9,906 nucleotides of DNA from a virus (lineage: Duplodnaviria > Heunggongvirae > Uroviricota > Caudoviricetes). Of this stretch, positions 1 through 7,036 are shown piece after piece (the stretch's first letter is position 1; the number at the start of each line of letters is the position of its first letter). The notes under the pieces are model-generated. The model was not told the DNA's origin and searched no databases. It was given only the letters and a program-made list of their open reading frames with translations. Location: the IMG/VR virus record IMGVR_UViG_2563366903_000019. One strand, given 5' to 3'. The position numbers and the translations under genes are program-made.

Positions 1-1239
1 ATGAGCAGCGCAATTCATAGACTTAGCGACACTCTTTTACGAAAATTAAGCGGATCACCAACCACAAAAAACGCCTTTTTTAATGACGGTGGCAATCTTA
101 GCGTAAGACATTCCACCAGCGGCCTGTTAACCTGGTATTTCACTTACAGGGCCGGAACTGGTAGGCAGGTATCACCGGAACGTCTGAGACTGGGCAATTA
201 TCCCGATCTGAGCCTGAAAGCAGCCCGGGAAAAAGCAGCACAGTGTCGCGCCTGGCTGGCTGAGGGGAAAAATCCGCGCTATGAGCTTAATCGTGCTGTA
301 CAGGATGCGTTAGCCCCCGTGACAGTTAAGGACGCGCTCACTTACTGGCTTGAATCGTATGCAAAGGAAAAGCGCACTGACTACGAATCACTGAAAAGCC
401 GGATCAATAAACACATAATCAGCCAGATTGGCGCTTTGCCGTTGGAAAAATGCGAGCTACGGCACTGGTTGGCATGTTTTGACCAGATGGCAAAGCGAAG
501 CCCAGTATCTGCCGGATTTTTGCTACAGGTATGCAAACAGGCGCTTAAGTACTGCCGAAAACGACGATACGCAATCAGCAACGTTCTTGATGATATGGTT
601 GTCGGTGATGTGGGAAAAAAAGCAGAAGTGAGCGAGCGCGTACTAACAAACAAGGAGCTTGGGGAATTACTCCGCGCCCTGGATGACAAAATATTCCCTC
701 CATACTACAGCGCCCTAATTCGCCTCCTGATTGTTTTTGGATGCCGTACCACTGAGCTAAGGCGCTCTGAGGTGCAGGAGTGGGATTTTAAAGAAATGCT
801 CTGGACAGTACCGAAGGAGCACAGCAAAACGAAGGTCGCCATATTCAGGCCAATACCGGAAAGCATTTTGCCGTTCGTCACGCAACTGGTGGAGCAGAAC
901 AGACACACGGGCTTATTGCTTGGTGAACTGAAAGGACAATCTTCGGTAGCAGAGTACGGAAGAACAGCGCACAGACGAATTAATCAAGCCCCTTGGACGT
1001 TACACGATATCCGGCACACATTTACAACCATGCTGAACGATTTAGGCGTGGATCCGCATATTGTCGAGCAGCTTACAGCCCACCAGATGCCAGGGATGCA
1101 GCGAGTCTATAACCACTCCCGTTATCTTGATGCAAAACGTGATGCTCTTAATCTATGGGTAGACCGTCTCGAGCTTCTCCAGAACAATGATGAAAAAATC
1201 GTTGTTATGACCCCGCGAATTTACACCCAAAATTCTTGA
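1..1239 (+). CDS. int: Tyrosine-type site-specific integrase, P4-like family
   Basis: 412-aa ORF. N-terminal arm-binding-like region (LSD...DGG..L...Y pattern), conserved Arg in GCRTTELRR, HxxR box (LHDIRHT) and C-terminal VYNHSRYLD with the presumed catalytic Tyr. ORF begins at window position 1, so the true start could lie upstream. Confidence 0.85.
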   Translation: MSSAIHRLSDTLLRKLSGSPTTKNAFFNDGGNLSVRHSTSGLLTWYFTYRAGTGRQVSPERLRLGNYPDLSLKAAREKAAQCRAWLAEGKNPRYELNRAVQDALAPVTVKDALTYWLESYAKEKRTDYESLKSRINKHIISQIGALPLEKCELRHWLACFDQMAKRSPVSAGFLLQVCKQALKYCRKRRYAISNVLDDMVVGDVGKKAEVSERVLTNKELGELLRALDDKIFPPYYSALIRLLIVFGCRTTELRRSEVQEWDFKEMLWTVPKEHSKTKVAIFRPIPESILPFVTQLVEQNRHTGLLLGELKGQSSVAEYGRTAHRRINQAPWTLHDIRHTFTTMLNDLGVDPHIVEQLTAHQMPGMQRVYNHSRYLDAKRDALNLWVDRLELLQNNDEKIVVMTPRIYTQNS

Positions 1240-1658
1240 CAAATTACGGCTGTTTTTTCTTTAAGAGATTATAGCCGTGAATAGATCTTAGAATATCGGG
1301 GAATATCTGCAAATATCTTCTCTTTATATGTGTCAACTATCGAAAAAAATTGAAATGTCTTCTTCTGAGTTCTTATTCTCTGTTACTTGATTGTTCCAAC
1401 ACCTGATGGTTTATCTATTTGTTTTTAATGAGGTAATTCAGGTGCTATGCCAAATGACGACATTTTTTGTTGCGTCGCTTAAAAACTCGTGACACGATTT
1501 TAAACACTAACGAGCTTCTACGAACCTTAGCGAACAAAGCCTTTAGCATGGTTGTGTTTTTAATTTAAGAGGTGAAAAAGAATCTAAGTAATATCCGATC
1601 TCATATATCTACAGCTAAGAGAAAAGTTTATATACGTAATTTTTATGTAGGTTTTTGT
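1240..1658 (+). promoter_or_regulatory. AT-rich int-alpA intergenic control region (presumed alpA promoter/leader)
   Basis: About 420 bp with no credible ORF and visibly lower GC than flanking genes; three AATATC direct repeats in the 1290s-1320s; strong SD-like AAGAGGTGA around 1566-1574 with no well-spaced ATG. Confidence 0.3.
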
Positions 1659-1868
1659 ATGCGTGAAATAAATGAAGATCGCGTAATCCGTGAGGATGAA
1701 TGTCGTAAGTTAACTGGAGTGTGCCGCACTACACGTTACGAACTGGAGAAAAAAGGGCGCTTTCCGTCACGTCTTAATCTGGGCGGTCGTTCTGTAGGGT
1801 GGCTGCTGTCCGAGGTTATGGAATGGGTTAAAAGCCGGGATCGCATTAATTCAGGTAAGGCAGTGTAA
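1659..1868 (+). CDS. alpA: AlpA-family phage transcriptional regulator (small HTH protein)
   Basis: 69-aa product MREINEDRVIREDECRKLTGVCRTTRYELEKKGRFPSRLNLGGRSVGWLLSEVMEWV matches the size and pattern of AlpA-type regulators. ATG at 1659 is in frame within the longer 1572 (GTG) ORF; start choice is uncertain. Confidence 0.7.
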   Translation: MREINEDRVIREDECRKLTGVCRTTRYELEKKGRFPSRLNLGGRSVGWLLSEVMEWVKSRDRINSGKAV

Positions 1869-1884
1869 AGGGGAGCATATGACA

Positions 1885-1915
1885 CATAAAACAAAGGCGA
1901 CCTGGGGCGGTCGCC
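1885..1915 (-). terminator. Putative rho-independent terminator for minus-strand transcript
   Basis: 7-bp GC-rich stem GGCGACC / GGTCGCC (1896-1902 / 1909-1915) with 6-nt loop; on the minus strand it is followed by TTTGTTTTAT. Lies about 90 nt downstream of the minus-strand gene stop. Confidence 0.4.
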
Positions 1916-2006
1916 AATGGGAAAACACTAAACATAAGCCCGAACATCATAGCGATTTGCTGGCTGGTGGGCAATGTGCTCAGTGTGCTGGCTTGCTGGT
2001 GGACTA

Positions 2007-2189
2007 TCAGCCTTTTGGTTCTATGCCTTCTTTGCGTAGCTTGTCACGACAGGCATTTTTAACCCATGAACTGAAATTACCAGGCCCAGCAACTTCGTTA
2101 ATTTGTTGCAACAATGTGTCTTCGAAGCGGATGTTTTTCTTTGTGCTGCCAGAGCGATCAAATTTTGGTTTCTCATTTTTTTCTTGCAT
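2007..2189 (-). CDS. Small ribbon-helix-helix-like DNA-binding protein (possibly YlcI/YnfO DUF3950-like)
   Basis: 60-aa ORF with a basic N-terminus, a beta-strand-like KKNIRFED, then two helices (TLLQQINEVAG, NFSSWVKNACRDKLRKE), which is typical RHH architecture. Codon usage looks coding. Own terminator downstream and palindromes upstream. It lies antisense inside the long + ORF 1879-2538, so it is ambiguous. Confidence 0.45.
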   Translation of the reverse strand: MQEKNEKPKFDRSGSTKKNIRFEDTLLQQINEVAGPGNFSSWVKNACRDKLRKEGIEPKG

Positions 2190-2234
2190 TGGTACGTACC
2201 ACCGTTATAAACTGAAACCCAATGGTACGTACCA
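2190..2234. promoter_or_regulatory. Twin palindromic operator-like sites TGGTACGTACCA
   Basis: Identical 12-bp perfect palindromes at 2190-2201 and 2223-2234 (centres 33 bp apart), immediately upstream of the minus-strand RHH gene start and about 100 bp upstream of the + strand ATG at 2335. Confidence 0.4.
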
Positions 2235-2334
2235 TATTGAAGATACGCAACCATTAAATACAGCGAAGCCCCGCAGTGGTGGAACACTCGCAGGGCTTCT
2301 AACCACCAACGATAGAAAGCGTATCGAGGTAGCT

Positions 2335-2538
2335 ATGAGAAATCATACCACACACCCGCAAGGGCGGGACTCGCACAACCTGAATAAATACATCTGGCGT
2401 TTTATCGCCCTGAGCACGGCACAACCGCGCGTGATTACCATTGAGGCCACCAGCGAACAGGAAGCACGCCTGCAATCCCCGGCTGGCTGCGTGATGGTAT
2501 TCGCCGCCCGTATTCGTCAGGGGGTGTTCCATGCCTGA
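2335..2538 (+). CDS. Small hypothetical protein (possibly host cell division inhibitor Icd-like)
   Basis: ATG at 2335 preceded by GAGGT (2326-2330). 67-aa product MRNHTTHPQGRDSHNLNKYIWRFIALS... with E. coli-like codon usage. Stop overlaps the start of the next gene (ATGCCTGA). It is the 3' part of the 219-aa ORF 1879-2538, sharing its stop. Confidence 0.45.
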   Translation: MRNHTTHPQGRDSHNLNKYIWRFIALSTAQPRVITIEATSEQEARLQSPAGCVMVFAARIRQGVFHA

Positions 2539-2851
2539 TATGTCAAATTACCAGTACCTGATTAATCCGCATTTTAACTGTGAGCATGATATTGCTAAAA
2601 AAGTTTATTCCGCTGCGGATGGGGCTACTGACAATATATCAATGGCTGTTGCCTCAATTGGTAACCTGATGTGGTATGCGTCAGAAAATGAGGAATATGA
2701 CGAAAAGGCCATGCGCATTGATATGGGTAATATCGGTTTGTTACTGGCAATGCTTGGGCAGTTTGATATTTCGTTACGGTGCACCATTGAAAATGCCAAA
2801 GATGCATTAAATGCTATAAAGAAAGCGAATACTGATTTAAATCGGGGATAA
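2531..2851 (+). CDS. Hypothetical protein (106 aa), low-GC accessory gene
   Basis: ORF with GGGGG 9 nt upstream; start overlaps upstream stop; GC visibly lower than neighbouring genes; no motif I can recognise. Confidence 0.6.
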   Translation: MPDMSNYQYLINPHFNCEHDIAKKVYSAADGATDNISMAVASIGNLMWYASENEEYDEKAMRIDMGNIGLLLAMLGQFDISLRCTIENAKDALNAIKKANTDLNRG

Positions 2852-2857
2852 ATAATC

Positions 2858-3157
2858 ATGAGAACATATTTATCTGGCTTGACTGCCAGCGGTTATGCAC
2901 ACCCCCAAATTATCCCCGGCGCTATTTATCTGGATAAGAACGGTAACAGAGTAACGGTAAAAGAACTGATGTTTGACCGAGTGTATTTTATCCGTGATGG
3001 CTATTCATTTCTTAGTTCGCTGAACGTGGAGATCTTTATTAGCAGATTCAGGCGGGAAATCCCGCTTTCCAGAAATAACCATGTGTCATGTATGGATGTT
3101 GATAAAAAACTACAGGAACTAAAAAACATGATTGCCGCGTGGAGAGAGCAGAAATGA
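2858..3157 (+). CDS. Hypothetical protein (99 aa), low-GC accessory gene
   Basis: Starts 6 nt after the upstream stop; its stop overlaps the primase ATG (ATGA at 3154-3157); low GC; no recognisable motif. Confidence 0.6.
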   Translation: MRTYLSGLTASGYAHPQIIPGAIYLDKNGNRVTVKELMFDRVYFIRDGYSFLSSLNVEIFISRFRREIPLSRNNHVSCMDVDKKLQELKNMIAAWREQK

Positions 3158-5277
3158 AAAAAGCGCCAAATTTAAAACACCAGCCACGTGACAAAATGAC
3201 GGAAGTCATCATTTTTGCGGGTAGTGATGCGTGGGCACATGCGAAGCAGTGGCAGGAACAGGACGGGCGACTGGCTGGCGACAGCGTGCCTCCTGTCTGG
3301 CTTGGAGAGCAACAACTTGCCGAACTGGATAAGCTGCAAATTGTGCCGGAAGGCCGAAAATCAGTACGCATATTCAGGGCCGGACATCTTGAGCCAGTAA
3401 TGATCAAGGCGATTGGTCAGAAGCTGGCGGCGGCAGGCGTACAGGATGCAAATTTTTACCCTGATGGAATGCACGGTCAGGAGGTGGAGAACTGGCGCGA
3501 ATATCTAGCCCGTGAGCGGCAGAATCTTTCTGATGGTCTGGTTATTGAGTTTCCGGTAAAGAAAAAAGATACCGGAAGCCATAGCGATGACGAATTAAAG
3601 CCACGCGTTGAAAGTCGCGCCGATGGTGTTTTCTGGGTAACGCCCAAAGTGGATAAGCAGTCAGGCGAAATTATCCGGCCTGAGACGTGGTTATGTTCTC
3701 CGCTTGAACTACTGGGAACGGGGACGATCGGTAAAGAGCATTACCGCGTGATGCGCTGGAAAAAAACCGCAAACCATGAAGTCATCACAATGGCGATCCC
3801 GTGTGGTGGTATCGGCGACCGTGACGGCTGGCGGTTACTTAAAGATCACGGGCTGAACGTGACAACCAACGGCAAATACAGGGCAATCCTGGCGGACTGG
3901 ATGCAGTTAAGCGGAAGCCATGAGGAATGGCAGTTAAGCACAACAACGGGCTGGCATTTTGGCGCGTACATCATGCCGGACGGTTCGATCATTGGTGAAT
4001 CTGAAAAACCGATCCTGTTTACCGGAAAAAGCGCCGCGATTAACGGTTATTCCGTGGCGGGCACGGCGGATGGCTGGCGCGACAGCGTGGCGCGTCTGGC
4101 TGGCGGTAATGCCTCAATGATGCTGGGTGTGGCAACGTCACTGGCAGCGCCTTTAATTGGCCTTGTGGGTGCTGACGGCTTCGGGGTGCATCTTTTCGAA
4201 CAGTCATCGGCAGGTAAGACCACCACGCAGAACATCGCATCAAGTTTATGGGGAGAGCCGGACGCGCAGCGGCTGACCTGGTACGGCACGGCGTTAGGTA
4301 TTGCCAATGAGGCCGAGGCCCATAATGACGGGCTTTTACCACTGGATGAGATAGGCCAGGCCGGAAATGCGCGGGAAGTGTCAACGTCTGCTTATACGCT
4401 GTTTAACGGTTCAGGGAAATTGCAGGGGGCGAAGGATGGCGGCAACAGGGAGATCAAACACTGGCGAACGGTGGCAATCAGCACCGGAGAAATGGACGTT
4501 GAGACATTCCTCAAAAGTGAGGGGATAAAAGTTAAGGCGGGGCAGCTTGTCCGACTGCTTAACGTTCCGATGGAAAAAGCCACGAAATTTCACGAATACA
4601 GCAACGGTAAGGAACATGCTGACGCGTTAAAGGATGCCTGGACAGCAAATCACGGGGCGGCGGGTCGTGAGTGGGTTAAATGGCTGGCAGGCCACCAGCA
4701 GGAGGCAAAGGATACGGTAAGGGAATGCCGCGAACGGTGGCGCAACCTGATACCGGAGAGCTACGGCGAGCAGGTCCACCGCGTGGGTGAACGTTTCGCC
4801 ATACTGGAGGCCGCGCTTGTGCTTTCCGGTCATGTAACTGGCTGGGTCGTGCAGGAATGCCGCGACGCGATACAGCATAACTTTAATGCCTGGGTGAAGG
4901 AGTTCGGCACGGGTAACAGGGAATTTAAACAGATGGTTGAACAGGCTGAGGCGTTTTTGTCGTCGTTTGGGTTTAGCCGCTACCTTCCGTACCCCAATAC
5001 AGATGAGCGTGATTTACCGATTAAAGAGCTTGCCGGATACAGAAAAGGGAGCATTCGCAACGAAGATGACGAGATGCGCTATTACACGTTCCCGCACGTG
5101 TTTGAGAGTGAGATAGCGAAGGGATTTAATCCGGCGCATTTTGCGCGTGCCCTGGATGCTGCCGGAATGCTGGAGAAGGGAAGCGATCGCCGATACAAAA
5201 AAAAGGCGCTGGGCAAGATTGGGGGTAAGCAGCATGTTTTTTACGTGCTGATGTTCCAGCCTGATGATGAAGATTAA
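3154..5277 (+). CDS. Primase/helicase-like replication initiator (P-loop NTPase; DUF927/P4-alpha-like Pri-Rep class)
   Basis: About 707-aa ORF from ATG 3154 (SD GGAGAGAG at 3141-3148); ORF track gives a GTG at 3139. Walker A-like EQSSAGKTT; position immediately upstream of the iteron array matches satellite replication proteins. Confidence 0.8.
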   Translation: MKKAPNLKHQPRDKMTEVIIFAGSDAWAHAKQWQEQDGRLAGDSVPPVWLGEQQLAELDKLQIVPEGRKSVRIFRAGHLEPVMIKAIGQKLAAAGVQDANFYPDGMHGQEVENWREYLARERQNLSDGLVIEFPVKKKDTGSHSDDELKPRVESRADGVFWVTPKVDKQSGEIIRPETWLCSPLELLGTGTIGKEHYRVMRWKKTANHEVITMAIPCGGIGDRDGWRLLKDHGLNVTTNGKYRAILADWMQLSGSHEEWQLSTTTGWHFGAYIMPDGSIIGESEKPILFTGKSAAINGYSVAGTADGWRDSVARLAGGNASMMLGVATSLAAPLIGLVGADGFGVHLFEQSSAGKTTTQNIASSLWGEPDAQRLTWYGTALGIANEAEAHNDGLLPLDEIGQAGNAREVSTSAYTLFNGSGKLQGAKDGGNREIKHWRTVAISTGEMDVETFLKSEGIKVKAGQLVRLLNVPMEKATKFHEYSNGKEHADALKDAWTANHGAAGREWVKWLAGHQQEAKDTVRECRERWRNLIPESYGEQVHRVGERFAILEAALVLSGHVTGWVVQECRDAIQHNFNAWVKEFGTGNREFKQMVEQAEAFLSSFGFSRYLPYPNTDERDLPIKELAGYRKGSIRNEDDEMRYYTFPHVFESEIAKGFNPAHFARALDAAGMLEKGSDRRYKKKALGKIGGKQHVFYVLMFQPDDED

Positions 5278-5299
5278 TCCCCTGTGTGAGGAAAAAAAT

Positions 5300-5615
5300 T
5301 GCGGGTTATGCGGGTTATCCTGTGTATAAGTGTATTAAGTGCATGAATATAAAGGAAACCAATAACCCGCACGTAACCCGCAAAAGGGCATTTATAACCC
5401 GCAAAAGCACGATTATAACCCGCAGGCGAATAACTGAAGTAACACCGGACAGTCATGCGTAACCCGCAGAAAAAACCCCGTTTGCGGGTTATTTTGAGCG
5501 TTTTGCGGGTTACGTGGTGAGCAAATAATAAACAGGGCGTTTTGCAAAATACTGATATAAAAGGATAAAAAATGGTTAGCACGCTAAGATAACCCAATAA
5601 CCCGCATAACCCGCA
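5300..5615. repeat. Iteron array / putative origin of replication
   Basis: About 11 copies of RTAACCCGCA in both orientations (5300-5309, 5310-5318, 5362-5371, 5373-5382, 5394-5403, 5415-5424, 5459-5468, 5483-5492, 5504-5513, 5597-5606, 5607-5615) plus an AT-rich stretch at 5520-5590, directly downstream of the replication gene. Confidence 0.75.
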
Positions 5616-5647
5616 CATGTTTCTATATATATAAATTGAGGTGGCAA

Positions 5648-5899
5648 ATGACCAGAACACGCAGAGACAGAACAGAGCCAAAATATAAAGCGTTAGACAT
5701 GACTGAGCACACCTTAAAGGTGGCAATCAGAACGATAGACCGCCACACGCGGGAAGGATACGCGAAGGAACATCCCGACCTGATAAGCGCATTCATGACC
5801 ACGGCGGCGGCAAACTTTGCCACGCTGACAGAACGGGAGATTGCCGAAGCGGAACAGGTAACAACCATCAACGTTAAAACCGGAGAGGTGGAATCATGA
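5648..5899 (+). CDS. Hypothetical protein (83 aa)
   Basis: ATG at 5648 with GAGGTGG just upstream; stop overlaps the ssb start (ATGA at 5896-5899), indicating translational coupling. Confidence 0.55.
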   Translation: MTRTRRDRTEPKYKALDMTEHTLKVAIRTIDRHTREGYAKEHPDLISAFMTTAAANFATLTEREIAEAEQVTTINVKTGEVES

Positions 5900-6306
5900 C
5901 AGCACAGATAGCGGCTTACGGTCGGCTGGTGGACGACCCGCAGGTAAAACAGACCAGCAAGGGCACACCGATGACGCTGGCGCGTATGGCGGTATCACTG
6001 CCATGCAGTCAGGCACAGGACGGACAGGCGACGTTATGGCTATCGGTCATCGCATTTGGTAAGCAGGCCGACTTCCTGGCTAAACATCAAAAAGGCGACG
6101 TTGCCAGCGTATCCGGCACGATGCAGGTCAGCCAGTGGACCGGACAGAACGGGGAGACGCGTCAGGGTTATCAGGTTATTGCAGACAGCGTAATCAGTGC
6201 CCGTGCGGCACGTCCTGGCGGGAACAGACGCAAAACCACAGGCGCACAGGGTAATCAGCCACCAGCGGGAGGCGATGACCCTTACGGTGATGATATTCCG
6301 TTCTGA
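5896..6306 (+). CDS. ssb: Single-stranded DNA-binding protein (SSB family, short linker)
   Basis: 136-aa product with OB-fold-like core (IAAYGRLVDDPQV..., LWLSVIAFGKQADFLAKHQKGDVASVSGTMQVSQWTGQNGETRQGY) and the hallmark acidic C-terminal tip DPYGDDIPF. SD GAGAGGTGG upstream. Confidence 0.85.
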   Translation: MTAQIAAYGRLVDDPQVKQTSKGTPMTLARMAVSLPCSQAQDGQATLWLSVIAFGKQADFLAKHQKGDVASVSGTMQVSQWTGQNGETRQGYQVIADSVISARAARPGGNRRKTTGAQGNQPPAGGDDPYGDDIPF

Positions 6307-6316
6307 GGGGGTGACG

Positions 6317-6589
6317 ATGGTACATGACCGCATAGCGGAAGAACTCGAAGCGAAAGGATTTTACCGGAGGGCGGCGGCGCGATGGGGTGAAGTCATGCAG
6401 CTGGTGGAGACAGACAAGGAACGGCATCAGGTTACGATGCGACGGCTGGAATGTTCCAGGAAGGCACAGAGGCCACCGGAGCCGCCGGATAACTTCGGAG
6501 ACCTGAGAAAGGCAGTCGATCGCACTTATGCTGAAATGGGTATAGATGGTGTAAGCGATGAAATATGGCGTAATTACCCAGGCAGCTAA
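6317..6589 (+). CDS. PerC-family transcriptional regulator-like protein
   Basis: 90-aa product MVHDRIAEELEAKGFYRRAAARWGEVM... matching the PerC/Pch-like N-terminal motif as I recall it. SD GGGGG 5 nt upstream of ATG 6317; the ORF track's 6197 extension overlaps ssb. Confidence 0.65.
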   Translation: MVHDRIAEELEAKGFYRRAAARWGEVMQLVETDKERHQVTMRRLECSRKAQRPPEPPDNFGDLRKAVDRTYAEMGIDGVSDEIWRNYPGS

Positions 6590-6594
6590 TCAAC

Positions 6595-6618
6595 AGCCGG
6601 AGTAATCCGGCTTTTTTG
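6595..6618 (+). terminator. Rho-independent terminator
   Basis: Stem AGCCGG / CCGGCT with loop AGTAAT, followed by TTTTTT. Confidence 0.6.
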
Positions 6619-6623
6619 TACCC

Positions 6624-6667
6624 AAAAAAAGCCCGATAAGTACAGGAGGCATCTTATCGGGCTTTTG
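6624..6667. terminator. Putative bidirectional terminator hairpin
   Basis: 10-bp stem GCCCGATAAG / CTTATCGGGC (6631-6640 / 6653-6662), with an A7 run before and a T run after. Confidence 0.5.
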
Positions 6668-6710
6668 CATATGAGGTTTTTTTTGGCGCACTGACACACA
6701 TGATCGGGAT

Positions 6711-6760
6711 CATCATTTCATAATTTGCAACACAACTCAACATCATTGCATAAAATGCAA
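6711..6760. repeat. Two 20-bp direct repeats upstream of and overlapping the capsid-operon promoter
   Basis: CATCATTTCATAATTTGCAA (6711-6730) and CATCATTGCATAAAATGCAA (6741-6760), 17/20 identical, 30-bp register. Confidence 0.5.
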
Positions 6761-6773
6761 TCATGATTATAAT
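6746..6773 (+). promoter_or_regulatory. Sigma70-like promoter of the capsid operon
   Basis: -35 TTGCAT (6746-6751), 16-bp spacer, perfect -10 TATAAT (6768-6773); predicted start near 6780, about 50 nt before ATG 6830. Confidence 0.5.
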
Positions 6774-6778
6774 CAGAT

Positions 6779-6794
6779 CTGGATGAACATCCAG
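6779..6794. promoter_or_regulatory. Operator-like palindrome at predicted transcription start
   Basis: CTGGATGAACATCCAG, a 16-bp near-perfect palindrome (half-sites match 7/8) immediately downstream of the -10 element. Confidence 0.4.
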
Positions 6795-6829
6795 TTATGA
6801 TTTTTTAAGTCAAAGAGGAATTTCTTACT

Positions 6830-7036
6830 ATGGCTGAAGAGAAAAAAGGCGGTGTTTCGGTGTACATAAGCCCCGACATCGTGAAGGCGCTCAAGGAACG
6901 CCACCAGCAGAACGTAAAAGCAGGCATTGCGGCAGGACTTGATCCGCTGGCGATGGTTGAGCCGTCAACAGGCTGGCAGGTACGCGCCTATTTACGCGCG
7001 GCGCTGGGTATGAATCAGGTTCACGGGGGTGAATAA
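6830..7036 (+). CDS. Hypothetical protein (68 aa), first gene of capsid operon
   Basis: ORF with AGAGG about 11 nt upstream; its stop overlaps the capsid gene start (TAATG); no recognisable motif and no cysteines. Confidence 0.55.
   Translation: MAEEKKGGVSVYISPDIVKALKERHQQNVKAGIAAGLDPLAMVEPSTGWQVRAYLRAALGMNQVHGGE

Noticed and set aside
381-908. Minus and + strand ORFs nested in int (381-689 -, 428-631 +, 705-908 -)
   Set aside because: They lie inside the well-supported integrase frame and have no start signals or recognisable motifs.
1572-1868. GTG start at 1572 giving a 98-aa AlpA
   Set aside because: AlpA-type proteins are about 70 aa and the homologous region begins at the in-frame ATG 1659. 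The GTG lies inside the SD-like AAGAGGTGA rather than downstream of it.
1879-2538. 219-aa + strand ORF with strong SD as a single CDS
   Set aside because: Its central part translates to low-complexity sequence and is fully overlapped by a better-looking antisense RHH ORF with its own terminator. I kept only the 3' portion (2335-2538) as a likely gene. It remains possible that the long ORF is real.
4040-4878. Minus-strand ORFs inside the primase gene
   Set aside because: Antisense to a long supported CDS; Pro/Arg-rich translations typical of GC-rich antisense frames.
5300-5615. CRISPR array
   Set aside because: Repeats are only 9-10 bp, occur in both orientations, and have irregular spacing without unique spacers; they fit iterons.
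5274-5726. 150-aa minus-strand ORF across the iteron region
   Set aside because: It spans the repeat array and its translation is dominated by repeat-derived low-complexity sequence; this is origin DNA.
6040-6427. Minus-strand ORFs over ssb and the PerC-like gene
   Set aside because: Antisense to two supported CDSs; no signals.
6197-6589. 130-aa version of the PerC-like ORF
   Set aside because: The upstream extension overlaps the ssb coding region by about 110 nt. The ATG at 6317 has a proper SD and begins the recognisable PerC-like motif.
6779-6794. Canonical LexA (SOS) box
   Set aside because: Spacing is CTG-N10-CAG, but the conserved T and A of CTGT/ACAG are G and C here. Kept only as an operator-like palindrome.
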